DNA from: an uncultured Candidatus Saccharibacteria bacterium
GTDB lineage: Bacteria; Patescibacteriota; Saccharimonadia; Saccharimonadales; JAGQNJ01
Length of the DNA stretch: 24,000 bases
Assembly (NCBI GenBank): GCA_964610345.1
Contig: CAZSVQ010000004.1
Span: forward strand, 7,570-31,569
Direction of reading: 5' to 3'
Shown here piece after piece: positions 6,817 to 15,388 of this stretch. The first letter of the stretch is position 1. Every line of letters begins with the position of its first letter. The notes beneath the pieces were generated by a model. It saw only the letters and a program-made list of their open reading frames with translations. It did not search any database and was not told where the DNA came from. The position numbers and the translations under genes were made by a program.

Positions 6817-7083
6817 TTATAATTTATCTACATAAGCAGAAACGTCGTTGATCAAGGGTAAAGGCCTGCCAGACCATGCCCGCAAAAATTGCCCATCGTC
6901 AGATACAGCCACAAATGTTGGGTGATCCATCACCCCATAAATTTGAGCTTTGCTTATGCCCTCTGGCGAATCAATGTTTATTATTTCTATCTTCTTAGCA
7001 GTTCTATGCTCAAATTCCCGCACAAATTCCTCTGCTCCACGTGCAAATTCCGAATCTGGCCTATAAAACATTATCACTTTCAT
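6817..7083 (-). CDS. small thioredoxin/glutaredoxin-fold-like protein without any cysteine
   Basis: This 88-aa protein has the pattern KVIMFY (beta1), then SEFA where a CxxC would sit, then IEIINID, then HPTFV (cis-Pro position), then GQFLRAW. That layout resembles an NrdH/Grx-like fold, but the sequence contains no Cys. The fold call comes from pattern recognition only. Confidence 0.65.
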   Translation of the reverse strand: MKVIMFYRPDSEFARGAEEFVREFEHRTAKKIEIINIDSPEGISKAQIYGVMDHPTFVAVSDDGQFLRAWSGRPLPLINDVSAYVDKL

Positions 7084-7098
7084 ACTACCTACTATACC

Positions 7099-7127
7099 AA
7101 AAGAGACGGAAAATAACCGCCTCTTTT
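7099..7127 (-). terminator. intrinsic terminator-like hairpin after nrdJ
   Basis: The minus strand reads AAAAGAGGCGG-UUAUUUU-CCGUCUCUUUU. The stem is about 7 bp GC-containing plus A-U extensions, with a U tract on the 3' side. It lies 19 nt after the nrdJ stop. Confidence 0.5.
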
Positions 7128-7145
7128 GTGAGCTTGTATCTTAGA

Positions 7146-9887
7146 TTAACTACAGCCAGTAGTGGATCCACAAGATGTACAAACATAACAACTGCCAGAA
7201 CGTTGAGTTTGGTTGCCACAGTTAAAGCACAGTGGCGCGTTATCGTCTTTAGAAGCCGACTTGCTGGCTGGAGCAGTCTCTGTTTTTGGCTCAAGCTTTT
7301 GCTGGTGGCGAACGCTCTCCGTAACCGACTCCTCGATCAACGTCGTTTGTGCCTCTGGCATATCAATAGATGCTAATCCAAGTTCCAGACGGTCATCAAA
7401 CGACAAATAATCTAGGGCCAATCTACGAACAATGTAGTCAGTTATCGACGTTGCGGTACGGATATCTGAATCATCGGTAATCCCTGCTGGCGCAAAGGTA
7501 GTTCCACGCAATGTTTTAACATAGCTTTTTAGCGGCACACCGTATTGCAAACCGTGGCTAACGCTAATCGCAAACGAATCCATCAATCCGGCCAAAGTAG
7601 AGCCTTGCTTTGATACGTTGATAAACAGCTCGCCTGGAGCGCCATCTTCGTATTCGCTAACCGTAAAGTATCCTTTTAAGTCAGAAATCCCAAAACGATA
7701 GGTCTTGCTATTACGAACGCGTGGTAACTTGCGCCTAACCGCACCTTTAACAATAATCTTATCTTCAATGGTGGCTGTAGTATTAGGTTCTTCTTTTTTA
7801 TCACCCTCTTTCTTGGCCATAGATAGTGGCTGAGCAACCTTACAATTATCGCGGTAGATTGCCACAGCCTTTAAGCCCAACTTCCAAGATTCAATATGTA
7901 GTTGCTCAACATCCTCTACACTAACTTCTTCTGGCATATTAACGGTTTTGCTAATTGCTCCAGATATAAATGGTTGCACAGCACCCATCATCTTTACGTG
8001 GCCCATGTAGTGGATAGAATTATCACCCATTGAGCAAGCAAAGACTGGTAGATGCTCTTTTTTAAGTTGTGGTGCACCGATAATAGTCTTTTCGGTATCG
8101 ATATAATTAACGATATCATCCACCTGACTCTTATTGTAGCCCAAGACTTTAAGCGCCCGTGGTACTGTTTGGTTAACAATATGCATGGTACCGCCACCAA
8201 CTAGCTTTTTCACTTTAACTAAACCTAAGTCAGGTTCAATACCGGTAGTATCACAATCCATCATCAAGCCGATTGTACCGGTTGGCGCAAGTACGCTAGC
8301 TTGTGAATTTCGCACACCAAACATAGTTCCAAGCTCAACCGCATCATCCCAAGACTCGGCTGCTGCACTCAGTAATTCCTCTGATACAAGGCTGGCATCA
8401 ATATTAGAAACTTCTTCGCGGTGCATTTTAAGCACATTTAGCATACCCTCTCGGTCTTTATGGAAACCACTGAAAGGACCAACTCGGCGAGCAATTCTTG
8501 CACTGGTAGCGTAAGCATGGCCAGTTAATAACGCTGTAATTGCGCCAGCTTGTGCCCGGCCTTCAGTAGAGTCGTATGGCAAACCTTGGGCCATTAATAG
8601 TGCCCCAAGGTTAGCATAGCCTATACCTAGCTCTCGGTAAGCACGAGCATTCTTGCCAATACTCTCGGTTGGATATTCAGAATAACCAACTAATATTTCT
8701 TGCGAGGTAAAAATAACTTCTACGGTGTGTTTGTAAGCAGGAATATCAAAACTGCCATCGTCTTTAAGATATTTAAGTAAGTTAATAGATGCTAAGTTAC
8801 AGGCTGAATTGTCTAGGTGCATATATTCACTGCATGGGTTAGAAGCATTTATGCGCCCAGCATTCGGCGCGGTGTGCCATTTATTGATTGTTGTATCAAA
8901 TTGCATACCCGGATCTGCACATTCCCACGCTGCATCAGCAAATTGGCGGAACAGCTTGCGGGCTTTAATAGTTTTAACTGATTCTCCAGTCTTAACTGCC
9001 TTTAAATCCCAATCGGCATCGTCTACTACGGCTTGCATAAATTCATCTGTTACGCGCATAGAATTATTAGCATTTTGATATTGAACCGAAAACGAATCTT
9101 TGCCATCAAGACTCATATCAAACCCCGCTTCTTGCAATGCCCGAGCTTTACGCTCCTCGATAGCTTTACACCAAATAAACTCCTCGATATCTGGGTGATC
9201 AGCGTTTAAAATAACCATTTTTGCGGCTCGGCGGGTCTTGCCGCCACTTTTAATAGCCCCAGCTGATGCATCAGCTCCACGCATAAAGCTTAGTGGCCCA
9301 GATGCCGTACCAGCACTTTTGCCTAATTTTTCAACTGATGAGCGAATTGGGCTCATGTTAATACCAGAACCAGAACCACCTTTAAATATCATGCCTTCTT
9401 CTTTGTACCAGTTTAATATTGCTGGCATGGTATCTTCTATTCCCAAGATAAAACAAGCGCTAGCCTGTTGCGAGCGTGAAGGCGCACCGATATTAAACCA
9501 AACCGGTGAGTTAAAAGCTGCTCTTTGTGTAGCGAGGATATATTTAAGTTCTTGCTTAAAATCTTCTGCTTCATCTTTGGTCTCAAAATAATCTTCTTGT
9601 AAACCTTGCCTTGTAATAGTGTCTGCAACGCGGTTAATCAGGTCTCTGAGTGATGTCTCTCGCTCCTCTGTACCTGGTGTACCTGTAAAATACTTTTGAG
9701 CTACGATATTTATAGCGTTTAGCGACCAACCTTCAGGAAAGTCAACATCGCGTTGCTCGAAGACGTATTCGTTCGTCATTGGATTTTTAATAATTGAGTC
9801 TCTTTTGACCCATTTAAGTTGGTCGTAAGCTTTTTGACCGGGCTTCGTAAAGAAGCGACCAACCCCTAGCGTAGTAGTTTGTCCCAT
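7146..9887 (-). CDS. nrdJ: ribonucleoside-diphosphate/triphosphate reductase, class II (adenosylcobalamin-dependent)
   Basis: This 913-aa protein has an N-terminus (FTKPGQKAYDQLKWVKRDS...NAINIVAQKYF) and core motifs (NPCSEY, SACNLASINL, GIGYANLG) typical of monomeric class II RNR. Its C-terminal tail is Cys-rich (CFNCGNQ...CYVCTSCGSTTGCS). A GAGGG SD lies 6 nt upstream. Confidence 0.92.
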   Translation of the reverse strand: MGQTTTLGVGRFFTKPGQKAYDQLKWVKRDSIIKNPMTNEYVFEQRDVDFPEGWSLNAINIVAQKYFTGTPGTEERETSLRDLINRVADTITRQGLQEDYFETKDEAEDFKQELKYILATQRAAFNSPVWFNIGAPSRSQQASACFILGIEDTMPAILNWYKEEGMIFKGGSGSGINMSPIRSSVEKLGKSAGTASGPLSFMRGADASAGAIKSGGKTRRAAKMVILNADHPDIEEFIWCKAIEERKARALQEAGFDMSLDGKDSFSVQYQNANNSMRVTDEFMQAVVDDADWDLKAVKTGESVKTIKARKLFRQFADAAWECADPGMQFDTTINKWHTAPNAGRINASNPCSEYMHLDNSACNLASINLLKYLKDDGSFDIPAYKHTVEVIFTSQEILVGYSEYPTESIGKNARAYRELGIGYANLGALLMAQGLPYDSTEGRAQAGAITALLTGHAYATSARIARRVGPFSGFHKDREGMLNVLKMHREEVSNIDASLVSEELLSAAAESWDDAVELGTMFGVRNSQASVLAPTGTIGLMMDCDTTGIEPDLGLVKVKKLVGGGTMHIVNQTVPRALKVLGYNKSQVDDIVNYIDTEKTIIGAPQLKKEHLPVFACSMGDNSIHYMGHVKMMGAVQPFISGAISKTVNMPEEVSVEDVEQLHIESWKLGLKAVAIYRDNCKVAQPLSMAKKEGDKKEEPNTTATIEDKIIVKGAVRRKLPRVRNSKTYRFGISDLKGYFTVSEYEDGAPGELFINVSKQGSTLAGLMDSFAISVSHGLQYGVPLKSYVKTLRGTTFAPAGITDDSDIRTATSITDYIVRRLALDYLSFDDRLELGLASIDMPEAQTTLIEESVTESVRHQQKLEPKTETAPASKSASKDDNAPLCFNCGNQTQRSGSCYVCTSCGSTTGCS

Positions 9888-9935
9888 AATACCCTCACTT
9901 ATATTGTTATTTTGATTTTTTATTTAGAGTTCTTG

Positions 9936-9977
9936 CTCGCCTATGTAGCTCTCCCAAAAAAGTTACTACAATGCGAG
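9936..9977. repeat. imperfect inverted repeat in the nrdR-nrdJ spacer
   Basis: CTCGCCTATGTAG (9936-9948) faces CTACAATGCGAG (9966-9977). This gives a 5-bp outer and a 5-bp inner pairing with a 17-nt centre. It could act as an RNA hairpin or as an operator. Confidence 0.4.
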
Positions 9978-10042
9978 TTCGTGAGCTCCCCACGATTCTT
10001 AATTATTTTAAGGACCCTGGAGAGCCTACTAAAGTCTTAAAT

Positions 10043-10516
10043 TTAGGCTTTAGCTTGCTCTGTTTGGTGTTTACGTATTTGTGATAATTCCCGTTCGAAG
10101 CTGGCAATATCCTTAAAGCGCCGATACACACTTGCAAAGCGTACATAAGCAACCTCACTAACATTTGCCAATTGATCCATTACCAGCTCGCCAATCTTGG
10201 AAGAAGATACTTCAGATTCTCCACAAGCATATAGTTGTTGCTCGATGTCAGAAACTATCTTTTCAAGTTGGACACTTGTAATTGTTGTCTTTTCACACGC
10301 TCTGTACAAACCACTCATTAGCTTTTCGCGGCTAAACAGTTCTCTGGTGCCATTTTGCTTAATAACCACTAATTGTGGGCGCTCAACACGCTCATAAGTA
10401 GTAAACCTATTATTGCATTTAGGACAAGAGCGACGACGACGAATCGATTCGCCTTCGGCAACATCACGCGATTCAATCACCTTAGTATCGTCATGTTGAC
10501 ACTGGTTGCATCGCAT
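10043..10516 (-). CDS. nrdR: transcriptional repressor NrdR
   Basis: The protein has MRCNQCQHDDTKVIESR...CPKCNNRFTTYERVE (Zn ribbon) followed by an ATP-cone. A GGAG SD lies 8 nt upstream. Confidence 0.95.
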   Translation of the reverse strand: MRCNQCQHDDTKVIESRDVAEGESIRRRRSCPKCNNRFTTYERVERPQLVVIKQNGTRELFSREKLMSGLYRACEKTTITSVQLEKIVSDIEQQLYACGESEVSSSKIGELVMDQLANVSEVAYVRFASVYRRFKDIASFERELSQIRKHQTEQAKA

Positions 10517-10561
10517 TATGTGCTCCTTTCTATCAGTAAACTAAATGTACAATCGCTAAAA

Positions 10562-10577
10562 TCTCTATATATAGCGT
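10562..10577. promoter_or_regulatory. NrdR box 1
   Basis: TCTCTATATATAGCGT is self-complementary at 12 of 16 positions. Its core CTATATATAG is identical to the core of the published NrdR-box consensus acaCwAtATaTwGtgt. Confidence 0.65.
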
Positions 10578-10588
10578 CTATGCTTACT

Positions 10589-10617
10589 AGCATAACCCCA
10601 TGTATAGCGTTTTTCAA
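10589..10617 (-). promoter_or_regulatory. candidate nrdR-nrdJ promoter (TTGAAA, 17 nt, TATGCT)
   Basis: On the minus strand, TTGAAA is at 10617-10612 and TATGCT is at 10594-10589. NrdR box 2 lies in the spacer, and box 1 starts 11 nt downstream of the -10. Confidence 0.45.
10595..10610. promoter_or_regulatory. NrdR box 2 (more degenerate)
   Basis: ACCCCATGTATAGCGT shares the TATAGCGT half-site with box 1. Its centre is 33 bp from the box 1 centre, and it fills the -35/-10 spacer of the candidate promoter. Confidence 0.5.
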
Positions 10618-10657
10618 GCTTTTTTGTGCTGTATTATTTATCACGTTTTGTCAGTCT

Positions 10658-11941
10658 CTACTGATGTTCCTCGTCTGTTGGTTTTGGGTTGTTGCGTTTA
10701 CGAAAACGTCTTAAAAATGAAGGTTTTTCTAATTCATCGTCTTGATGTTCGGTGATAGGTATTGGCGGTTGAGTATCTGATGAACTGTTATTTTCATGTT
10801 CGCCATGATCGAGCGCCCAAATATTTGGCATTGGATTATCATTATGAAAATCACCCATGTCATGTGCTGGCTCAGCTTTTTGCTCAAGATCCATATTAAT
10901 ACTAGCGATTTCTTCCTCTTCTTTAGGTGAAGGTTTTTCCTCGGCAGGCTTAGATTCTATAATTTCAGTTTTGCGATTTGTAAAATATGAGTCGTCAAAA
11001 CCAGTTGCTACAACTGTAATAATAATCTCATCCCCAAGTTCTGGGTTGATTGTTGCGCCAAAAATAATATTGGCGTCACTGTCAGCTGCATTGGTAATTG
11101 TTTCAGCGGCGGTGTTAATTTCATGCATGGTCATATCATTACCACCAATAACATTAAATAGTACACCCCTAGCACCATCAATTGAAACTTCAAGTAGCGG
11201 TGATTCAATTGCTTGTTGGGCCGCCTTTACAGCGCGGTCTTCACCATTGGCTCGCCCAATACCCATTAACGCAGAACCTGCACTACTCATAACCGCTTTA
11301 ACATCGGCAAAATCCAGGTTTATCAAACCATGCACAGTTATAAGATCCGATATTCCCTGGACACCCTGCCTTAATACATCGTCGGCAACTTTGAATGCTT
11401 CCATTAAAGGTGTTTGCCTATCTATTGTTTGGAGTAATCTGTCGTTTGGAATAATAATAAGCGTATCTACAGATCCGCGTAAGTTATCAATTGCCGACTC
11501 AGCATTTCTTCGGCGTTTTTCACCTTCAAAAGCGAATGGCTTAGTTGCAAACCCAACCACTAAGGCATTATCAGCTTTTGCGGCCTTAGCAACAATATGC
11601 CCGGCCCCACTTCCAGTTCCACCGCCAGCACCTAACGTTACAAAGACCATGTCAGAACCTTGCAGTGCCTGTTTTATTTCATCTAATGATTCTTGAGCTG
11701 CTTTTTCACCAACTGTAGGGTCAGCACCTGCACCAAGACCTCTAGTGGCTTCTTTGCCAATATGTATCTTTTTAGTAGCCTTTGAGTGATGGAGAGCTTG
11801 GGCATCAGTATTAACTGCAATAAACTCCACGCCATCAACACCAGCTTCTACCATTCTATTAATTGCAGCACCACCGGCACCACCGACACCTACTACTTTA
11901 ATGCTTGCGAATGTTTCAATTGCTGGTTCTACTTGAGGCAT
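10658..11941 (-). CDS. ftsZ: cell division GTPase FtsZ
   Basis: The protein has the GGGTGSG tubulin signature and NTDAQAL. It also has the C-terminal peptide [11 protein letters not shown] followed by a short charged tail. Confidence 0.97.
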   Translation of the reverse strand: MPQVEPAIETFASIKVVGVGGAGGAAINRMVEAGVDGVEFIAVNTDAQALHHSKATKKIHIGKEATRGLGAGADPTVGEKAAQESLDEIKQALQGSDMVFVTLGAGGGTGSGAGHIVAKAAKADNALVVGFATKPFAFEGEKRRRNAESAIDNLRGSVDTLIIIPNDRLLQTIDRQTPLMEAFKVADDVLRQGVQGISDLITVHGLINLDFADVKAVMSSAGSALMGIGRANGEDRAVKAAQQAIESPLLEVSIDGARGVLFNVIGGNDMTMHEINTAAETITNAADSDANIIFGATINPELGDEIIITVVATGFDDSYFTNRKTEIIESKPAEEKPSPKEEEEIASINMDLEQKAEPAHDMGDFHNDNPMPNIWALDHGEHENNSSSDTQPPIPITEHQDDELEKPSFLRRFRKRNNPKPTDEEHQ

Positions 11942-11980
11942 TTAATGTTTCCCTATTCTTATACTTGCTTACGTAAATCC

Positions 11981-12009
11981 AGTATACGATAGTGCCTGAA
12001 CAACTGCAA
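11981..12009 (-). promoter_or_regulatory. candidate internal promoter for ftsZ (TTGCAG, 17 nt, TATACT)
   Basis: On the minus strand, TTGCAG is at 12009-12004 and TATACT is at 11986-11981, inside the 120-nt ftsA-ftsZ gap. Confidence 0.4.
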
Positions 12010-12061
12010 TGCTACAACAACTTTTTTTAATTTTGGCTGTGAATAACTATTATGTTTGCTG

Positions 12062-13297
12062 TCATTTACGTTTAAATTTATGCCAAACACCCTCTAGAGC
12101 CCCGAACACATTTCCACCACTAAGTTGAGAACTACCAGTATGCCCGTTGGTTGGTAACAATAGCATGTCGAGTAACATCAAACCCACAGCTGAAGCAAAC
12201 GAAGGATCAGCAACAGTATCAATCAATCCACCTATTGGTTGTAATTTACCTACCCTCGCAGCAAGTTGCAATTTTTCGCGTGCAAAATCTGCAATTCCCG
12301 GCAGTTTTGCCATACCACCAACTATTACGACGCCACCTGGTAATTTTTGTGACTTATGAATCTTTTTTAATTCTTTATCTACTAACTCAAAAAGCTCCTC
12401 GATACGAGCTTCGGTAATCATAGCAATTTCTTCAGCATCGAAACTATAACTCTTTTTCTGAACACTTACACTAACTGTACCTATTTTTACCTGTTCACCC
12501 AAGCCAGCATGTTGGATTTTTACCGCTTCGGCAATATCTAAATCAGTCTTTAGTCCAATTGCTAAATCATTGGTTAAGAACGTACTGCCGACTGGCACCA
12601 CACCAACATGTTGCACTTCACCGTCTTCTACGACAACCATATTTGTAGTACCAGCACCGATATCCAATAACAAAGTACCTGATTCTTTTTGTTGACGAGT
12701 TAAAACTGCTTCGGCTGCCGCCAGACTTGACACCGTATAATGACTTGGCTGAATCCGTGATTTCTCAAGTACCATATCCAAGTTGCGTAAATTTGAGCCA
12801 ATTGCGGTAACTATGTGTGTATCTACCTCTAATCTAATACCCTGCATACCAACTGGGTCTTTAATATTATCTTGACCATCGATACGATAATTCTTAGCAA
12901 ATACTTGAATTATTTCTCTGTTAGGTGGTAGTTTTATAATCGTCGCTGCTTCCTCGACTCTTGCCCTGTCAGACTCAGTAATTTCTTTATTGGCTGTACT
13001 GATTGCCACTACACCTCGAGAATTTATACCTGACACATGCGTCCCATTAATGTTTACGGTTGCCCTTTGAATGTGCACACCAGATACTTGCTCTGCTTGA
13101 TTAACTGCCTTGATTATTGAATCTGCAACATCATCAATATGCGCAACGATACCTTTACGCATTCCAAGGTTGGGTGCAACTCCATGACCAATTACAGAAA
13201 CTTTACTATTGTCTTGTTGGTCAATTATACCAACAACACATCTGACTGTACTTGTACCAATATCTAGTCCTACATAATGTGGAGATTGTTCGCGCAT
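12062..13297 (-). CDS. ftsA: cell division protein FtsA
   Basis: The protein has actin-fold motifs (VGLDIGTSTVR, LLDIGAGTTN, GGMAKLPG) and a C-terminal amphipathic tail (GALEGVWHKFKRK). It is adjacent to ftsZ. Confidence 0.95.
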   Translation of the reverse strand: MREQSPHYVGLDIGTSTVRCVVGIIDQQDNSKVSVIGHGVAPNLGMRKGIVAHIDDVADSIIKAVNQAEQVSGVHIQRATVNINGTHVSGINSRGVVAISTANKEITESDRARVEEAATIIKLPPNREIIQVFAKNYRIDGQDNIKDPVGMQGIRLEVDTHIVTAIGSNLRNLDMVLEKSRIQPSHYTVSSLAAAEAVLTRQQKESGTLLLDIGAGTTNMVVVEDGEVQHVGVVPVGSTFLTNDLAIGLKTDLDIAEAVKIQHAGLGEQVKIGTVSVSVQKKSYSFDAEEIAMITEARIEELFELVDKELKKIHKSQKLPGGVVIVGGMAKLPGIADFAREKLQLAARVGKLQPIGGLIDTVADPSFASAVGLMLLDMLLLPTNGHTGSSQLSGGNVFGALEGVWHKFKRK

Positions 13298-13304
13298 GAA
13301 AGAT

Positions 13305-13334
13305 AGTATAACGCTTATACTATAATTTCATCAA
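13305..13334 (-). promoter_or_regulatory. candidate ftsA promoter (TTGATG, 18 nt, TATACT) placed 7 nt from the ATG
   Basis: On the minus strand, TTGATG is at 13334-13329 and TATACT is at 13310-13305, followed by AUCUUUC and then the ATG at 13297. There is no SD. Confidence 0.35.
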
Positions 13335-13347
13335 GCTGATAAATTTT

Positions 13348-14109
13348 TTATTCAATTGTCCGGGTAAGAATTTCATACCCGTCATCTGTGATTAGTACTG
13401 TGTCCTCAAAATGGGCCGACAAAGATCCATCTTTGGTTGTGACTGTCCAATTATCATCTTCAACGTAAACTGATTCACCACCTAATGTAGCCATGGGTTC
13501 GATTGCAATAGACATACCAGTCTCTAATACTTGGCCCGTATTGGCTTTACCGTAATTTGGTATATTTGGCTCTTCGTGAAGGTTATGGCCAACACCATGT
13601 CCAACATACTCACGAATAATCCCTAGCTTGGAATTGTGTAAAACTTTCTCAATCTCTGCCGAAATCGTTCCAACTCTTACTGTATTTTTAACAACTTTAA
13701 TTCCAGCAAGTAATGATTGTTCAGTTTTTTCTATAAGAAGTTTTTTTGTTGAATTTGTATTTCCAACAACATACGTTCTAGCAGCATCGGTAATCATTCC
13801 GTTGTATTTGACACCAAAATCTATGCTAACGACATCACCATCATCAATAATCACATGATTCTTAGGTATCCCGTGTATTACCTGATCATTAACCGAAACA
13901 CAAAGCACATGTGGAAACCCATAATAATTCAAAAATGCTGGCTGAGCATTATCGTAGTTAGCCAATTTATCAGCAGCTAAATCTGCCAAATCCTTAGTTG
14001 ACATACCTTGCTTTGTGGATTGAATAACAAATTGTAGCACCTCTTCTAGTATTCGCCCGCTCCGTCTCATACTGTCAATTTCTGAACTTGTTTTAACTCT
14101 TGTTTGCAT
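13348..14109 (-). CDS. map: methionine aminopeptidase, type I
   Basis: The protein has the metal-ligand context ...VSIDFGVKYNGMITDAARTY..., HGVGHNLHEEP and SIAIEPM. It is 253 aa. Confidence 0.95.
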   Translation of the reverse strand: MQTRVKTSSEIDSMRRSGRILEEVLQFVIQSTKQGMSTKDLADLAADKLANYDNAQPAFLNYYGFPHVLCVSVNDQVIHGIPKNHVIIDDGDVVSIDFGVKYNGMITDAARTYVVGNTNSTKKLLIEKTEQSLLAGIKVVKNTVRVGTISAEIEKVLHNSKLGIIREYVGHGVGHNLHEEPNIPNYGKANTGQVLETGMSIAIEPMATLGGESVYVEDDNWTVTTKDGSLSAHFEDTVLITDDGYEILTRTIE

Positions 14110-14116
14110 ACAAAAA

Positions 14117-14656
14117 TTATTTATCTCTGTTTATTGCTTGTCTGATTTCTTTTTGTACATCTTCAATAGACTGTTCTGCATTTATATCATAGACATCAAT
14201 GCCGGCAACTTTAAAATGTTCAAGGATGGGCAAAATAGTTTCCGCATATTCTAAGAATCGTTCTTTTATAGCACTATCGGTATCATCTTGTCTGCCTCTT
14301 TTAACCAAACGATTCTTAACCGCCTCTTCTTTTGCAGTTAGGTGAACTACGCTAGAAATTTTAAGTTGTCCGTGTTTTGCCTGATTTAAGAGCCAGTCAG
14401 CTTGAGCTACAGAGCGTGGAAATCCATCTAGTATAAACTCATGTTTAGTATCGACTACATTAAAAATTCTTTGCACTAATGCAATAATTTCTTTATCCTC
14501 TAATAACTTCCCAGCCAACATATCTTTACGGCGCTCGCCGGATATTAGCATACGCAAGAATTCACCAGTTGAAAGCCATGGTAACCCTAAATGATCAGCT
14601 AACATTTTCCCTTGGACGCTTTTGCCTGACCCCGCAACTCCAGTAAATATAATCAA
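14117..14656 (-). CDS. adk: adenylate kinase (short-LID form)
   Basis: The protein has the P-loop GVAGSGKS, LSTGEFLR, ILDGFPRSVAQADWL and RGRQDD. It is 179 aa. The start is a TTG with AGGAG 10 nt upstream. Confidence 0.8.
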   Translation of the reverse strand: MIIFTGVAGSGKSVQGKMLADHLGLPWLSTGEFLRMLISGERRKDMLAGKLLEDKEIIALVQRIFNVVDTKHEFILDGFPRSVAQADWLLNQAKHGQLKISSVVHLTAKEEAVKNRLVKRGRQDDTDSAIKERFLEYAETILPILEHFKVAGIDVYDINAEQSIEDVQKEIRQAINRDK

Positions 14657-14671
14657 AGCTTATTTTCTCCT

Positions 14672-15124
14672 TTAGCTTAATCTGCTTTTCACGAGTCGTG
14701 CCACCGTTGCACCATCTGCAGTGCCTTTACTAGATTTTTTAACTTCTCCAATAATTATACCCATTGTCTGGCCAGTTACGTTGCCGTGCTTAGAAACAAC
14801 ATCGTCAATTAATCTTTCTATGTCTTCATCAGGCATTAACTCTGGCAAATAGGCCTCGATAATTTCTTTTTCGGCTAATTCTTTATTTGCACGCTCATCT
14901 GAGCCAGCTTTTTTGTAGAGCTCGGCAGCCTCTTGACGTTTTTTGACTTCTTTTCTTAGGCAGGCAATAATCTCTTCGTCTGTTAAGCCTTGCTCTCTTT
15001 TGTTCTGTGCGATTTCTTCATTTAAAACCACACTCTTAATGACTCTAAGAGTTTCAGATTTGAGTTTATCACCACCAAGTAAAGCTTGTTTTAAGTCTTG
15101 ATTTATATCTTGCTTCAGGTTCAT
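14672..15124 (-). CDS. yqeY: GatB/YqeY domain protein
   Basis: The N-terminus LKQALLGGDKLKSETLRVIKSVVLNEE and the 150-aa length are typical of YqeY. Its start overlaps the rpsU stop as TAATG. Confidence 0.85.
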   Translation of the reverse strand: MNLKQDINQDLKQALLGGDKLKSETLRVIKSVVLNEEIAQNKREQGLTDEEIIACLRKEVKKRQEAAELYKKAGSDERANKELAEKEIIEAYLPELMPDEDIERLIDDVVSKHGNVTGQTMGIIIGEVKKSSKGTADGATVARLVKSRLS

Positions 15125-15342
15125 TAACGCTGACTTAGCCTGACGACATGTTTGCCTTTGATGTTCTTGCGCTCATTGCGAATAATCGCACGTTGGCGTC
15201 GGTCTCGTTTGCTCATTGGCTTTTCGAAATACTGATTTTGCTTTGCGACAGCCATTACACCCGATTGTTGCACTTTACGGGTAAATCGGCGTAATAAATT
15301 TTCTGTCGACTCTTTTGCGTCTTTACGTGTTACTTGAATCAT
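15124..15342 (-). CDS. rpsU: 30S ribosomal protein S21
   Basis: The sequence is MIQVTRKDAKESTENLLRRFTRKVQQSGV...KPMSKRDRRQRA. It is a basic 72-aa protein. Confidence 0.93.
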   Translation of the reverse strand: MIQVTRKDAKESTENLLRRFTRKVQQSGVMAVAKQNQYFEKPMSKRDRRQRAIIRNERKNIKGKHVVRLSQR

Positions 15343-15351
15343 ATATTTTAT

Positions 15352-15380
15352 ATTCTACACTAACAGATTGAAATCTGCAA
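15352..15380 (-). promoter_or_regulatory. candidate rpsU operon promoter (TTGCAG, 17 nt, TAGAAT)
   Basis: On the minus strand, TTGCAG is at 15380-15375 and TAGAAT is at 15357-15352. The ATG at 15342 is only 9 nt downstream, and the spacer AUAAAAUAU has no SD. Confidence 0.4.
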
Positions 15381-15388
15381 GTTAGTGT
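15357..15388. repeat. 32-nt near-perfect palindrome overlapping the rpsU promoter and the wHTH gene stop
   Basis: The sequence is ACACTAAC-AGAT-TGAA-ATCT-GCAA-GTTAGTGT. The outer arms pair over 8 bp, and an inner 4-5 bp stem also forms. Confidence 0.7.

Noticed and set aside
9888-10042. A cobalamin riboswitch upstream of the B12-dependent nrdJ.
   Set aside because: No B12-box-like element (AGYCMGgAgaCCkGCc type) is visible, and the spacer is too short for the aptamer. B12 riboswitches classically repress B12-independent alternatives rather than nrdJ.
10857-11696. A 279-aa ORF on the plus strand, antisense to ftsZ, along with many other 60-117 aa antisense or nested ORFs in the track (for example 1038-1283, 2772-3011, 4670-4999, 8185-8514, 9238-9591, 17666-18022, 22153-22503).
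   Set aside because: They lie entirely inside strongly supported conserved genes on the opposite strand. Their translations are low-complexity, Ser/Leu/Ile-rich sequences, and they lack SDs. They are typical shadow ORFs.
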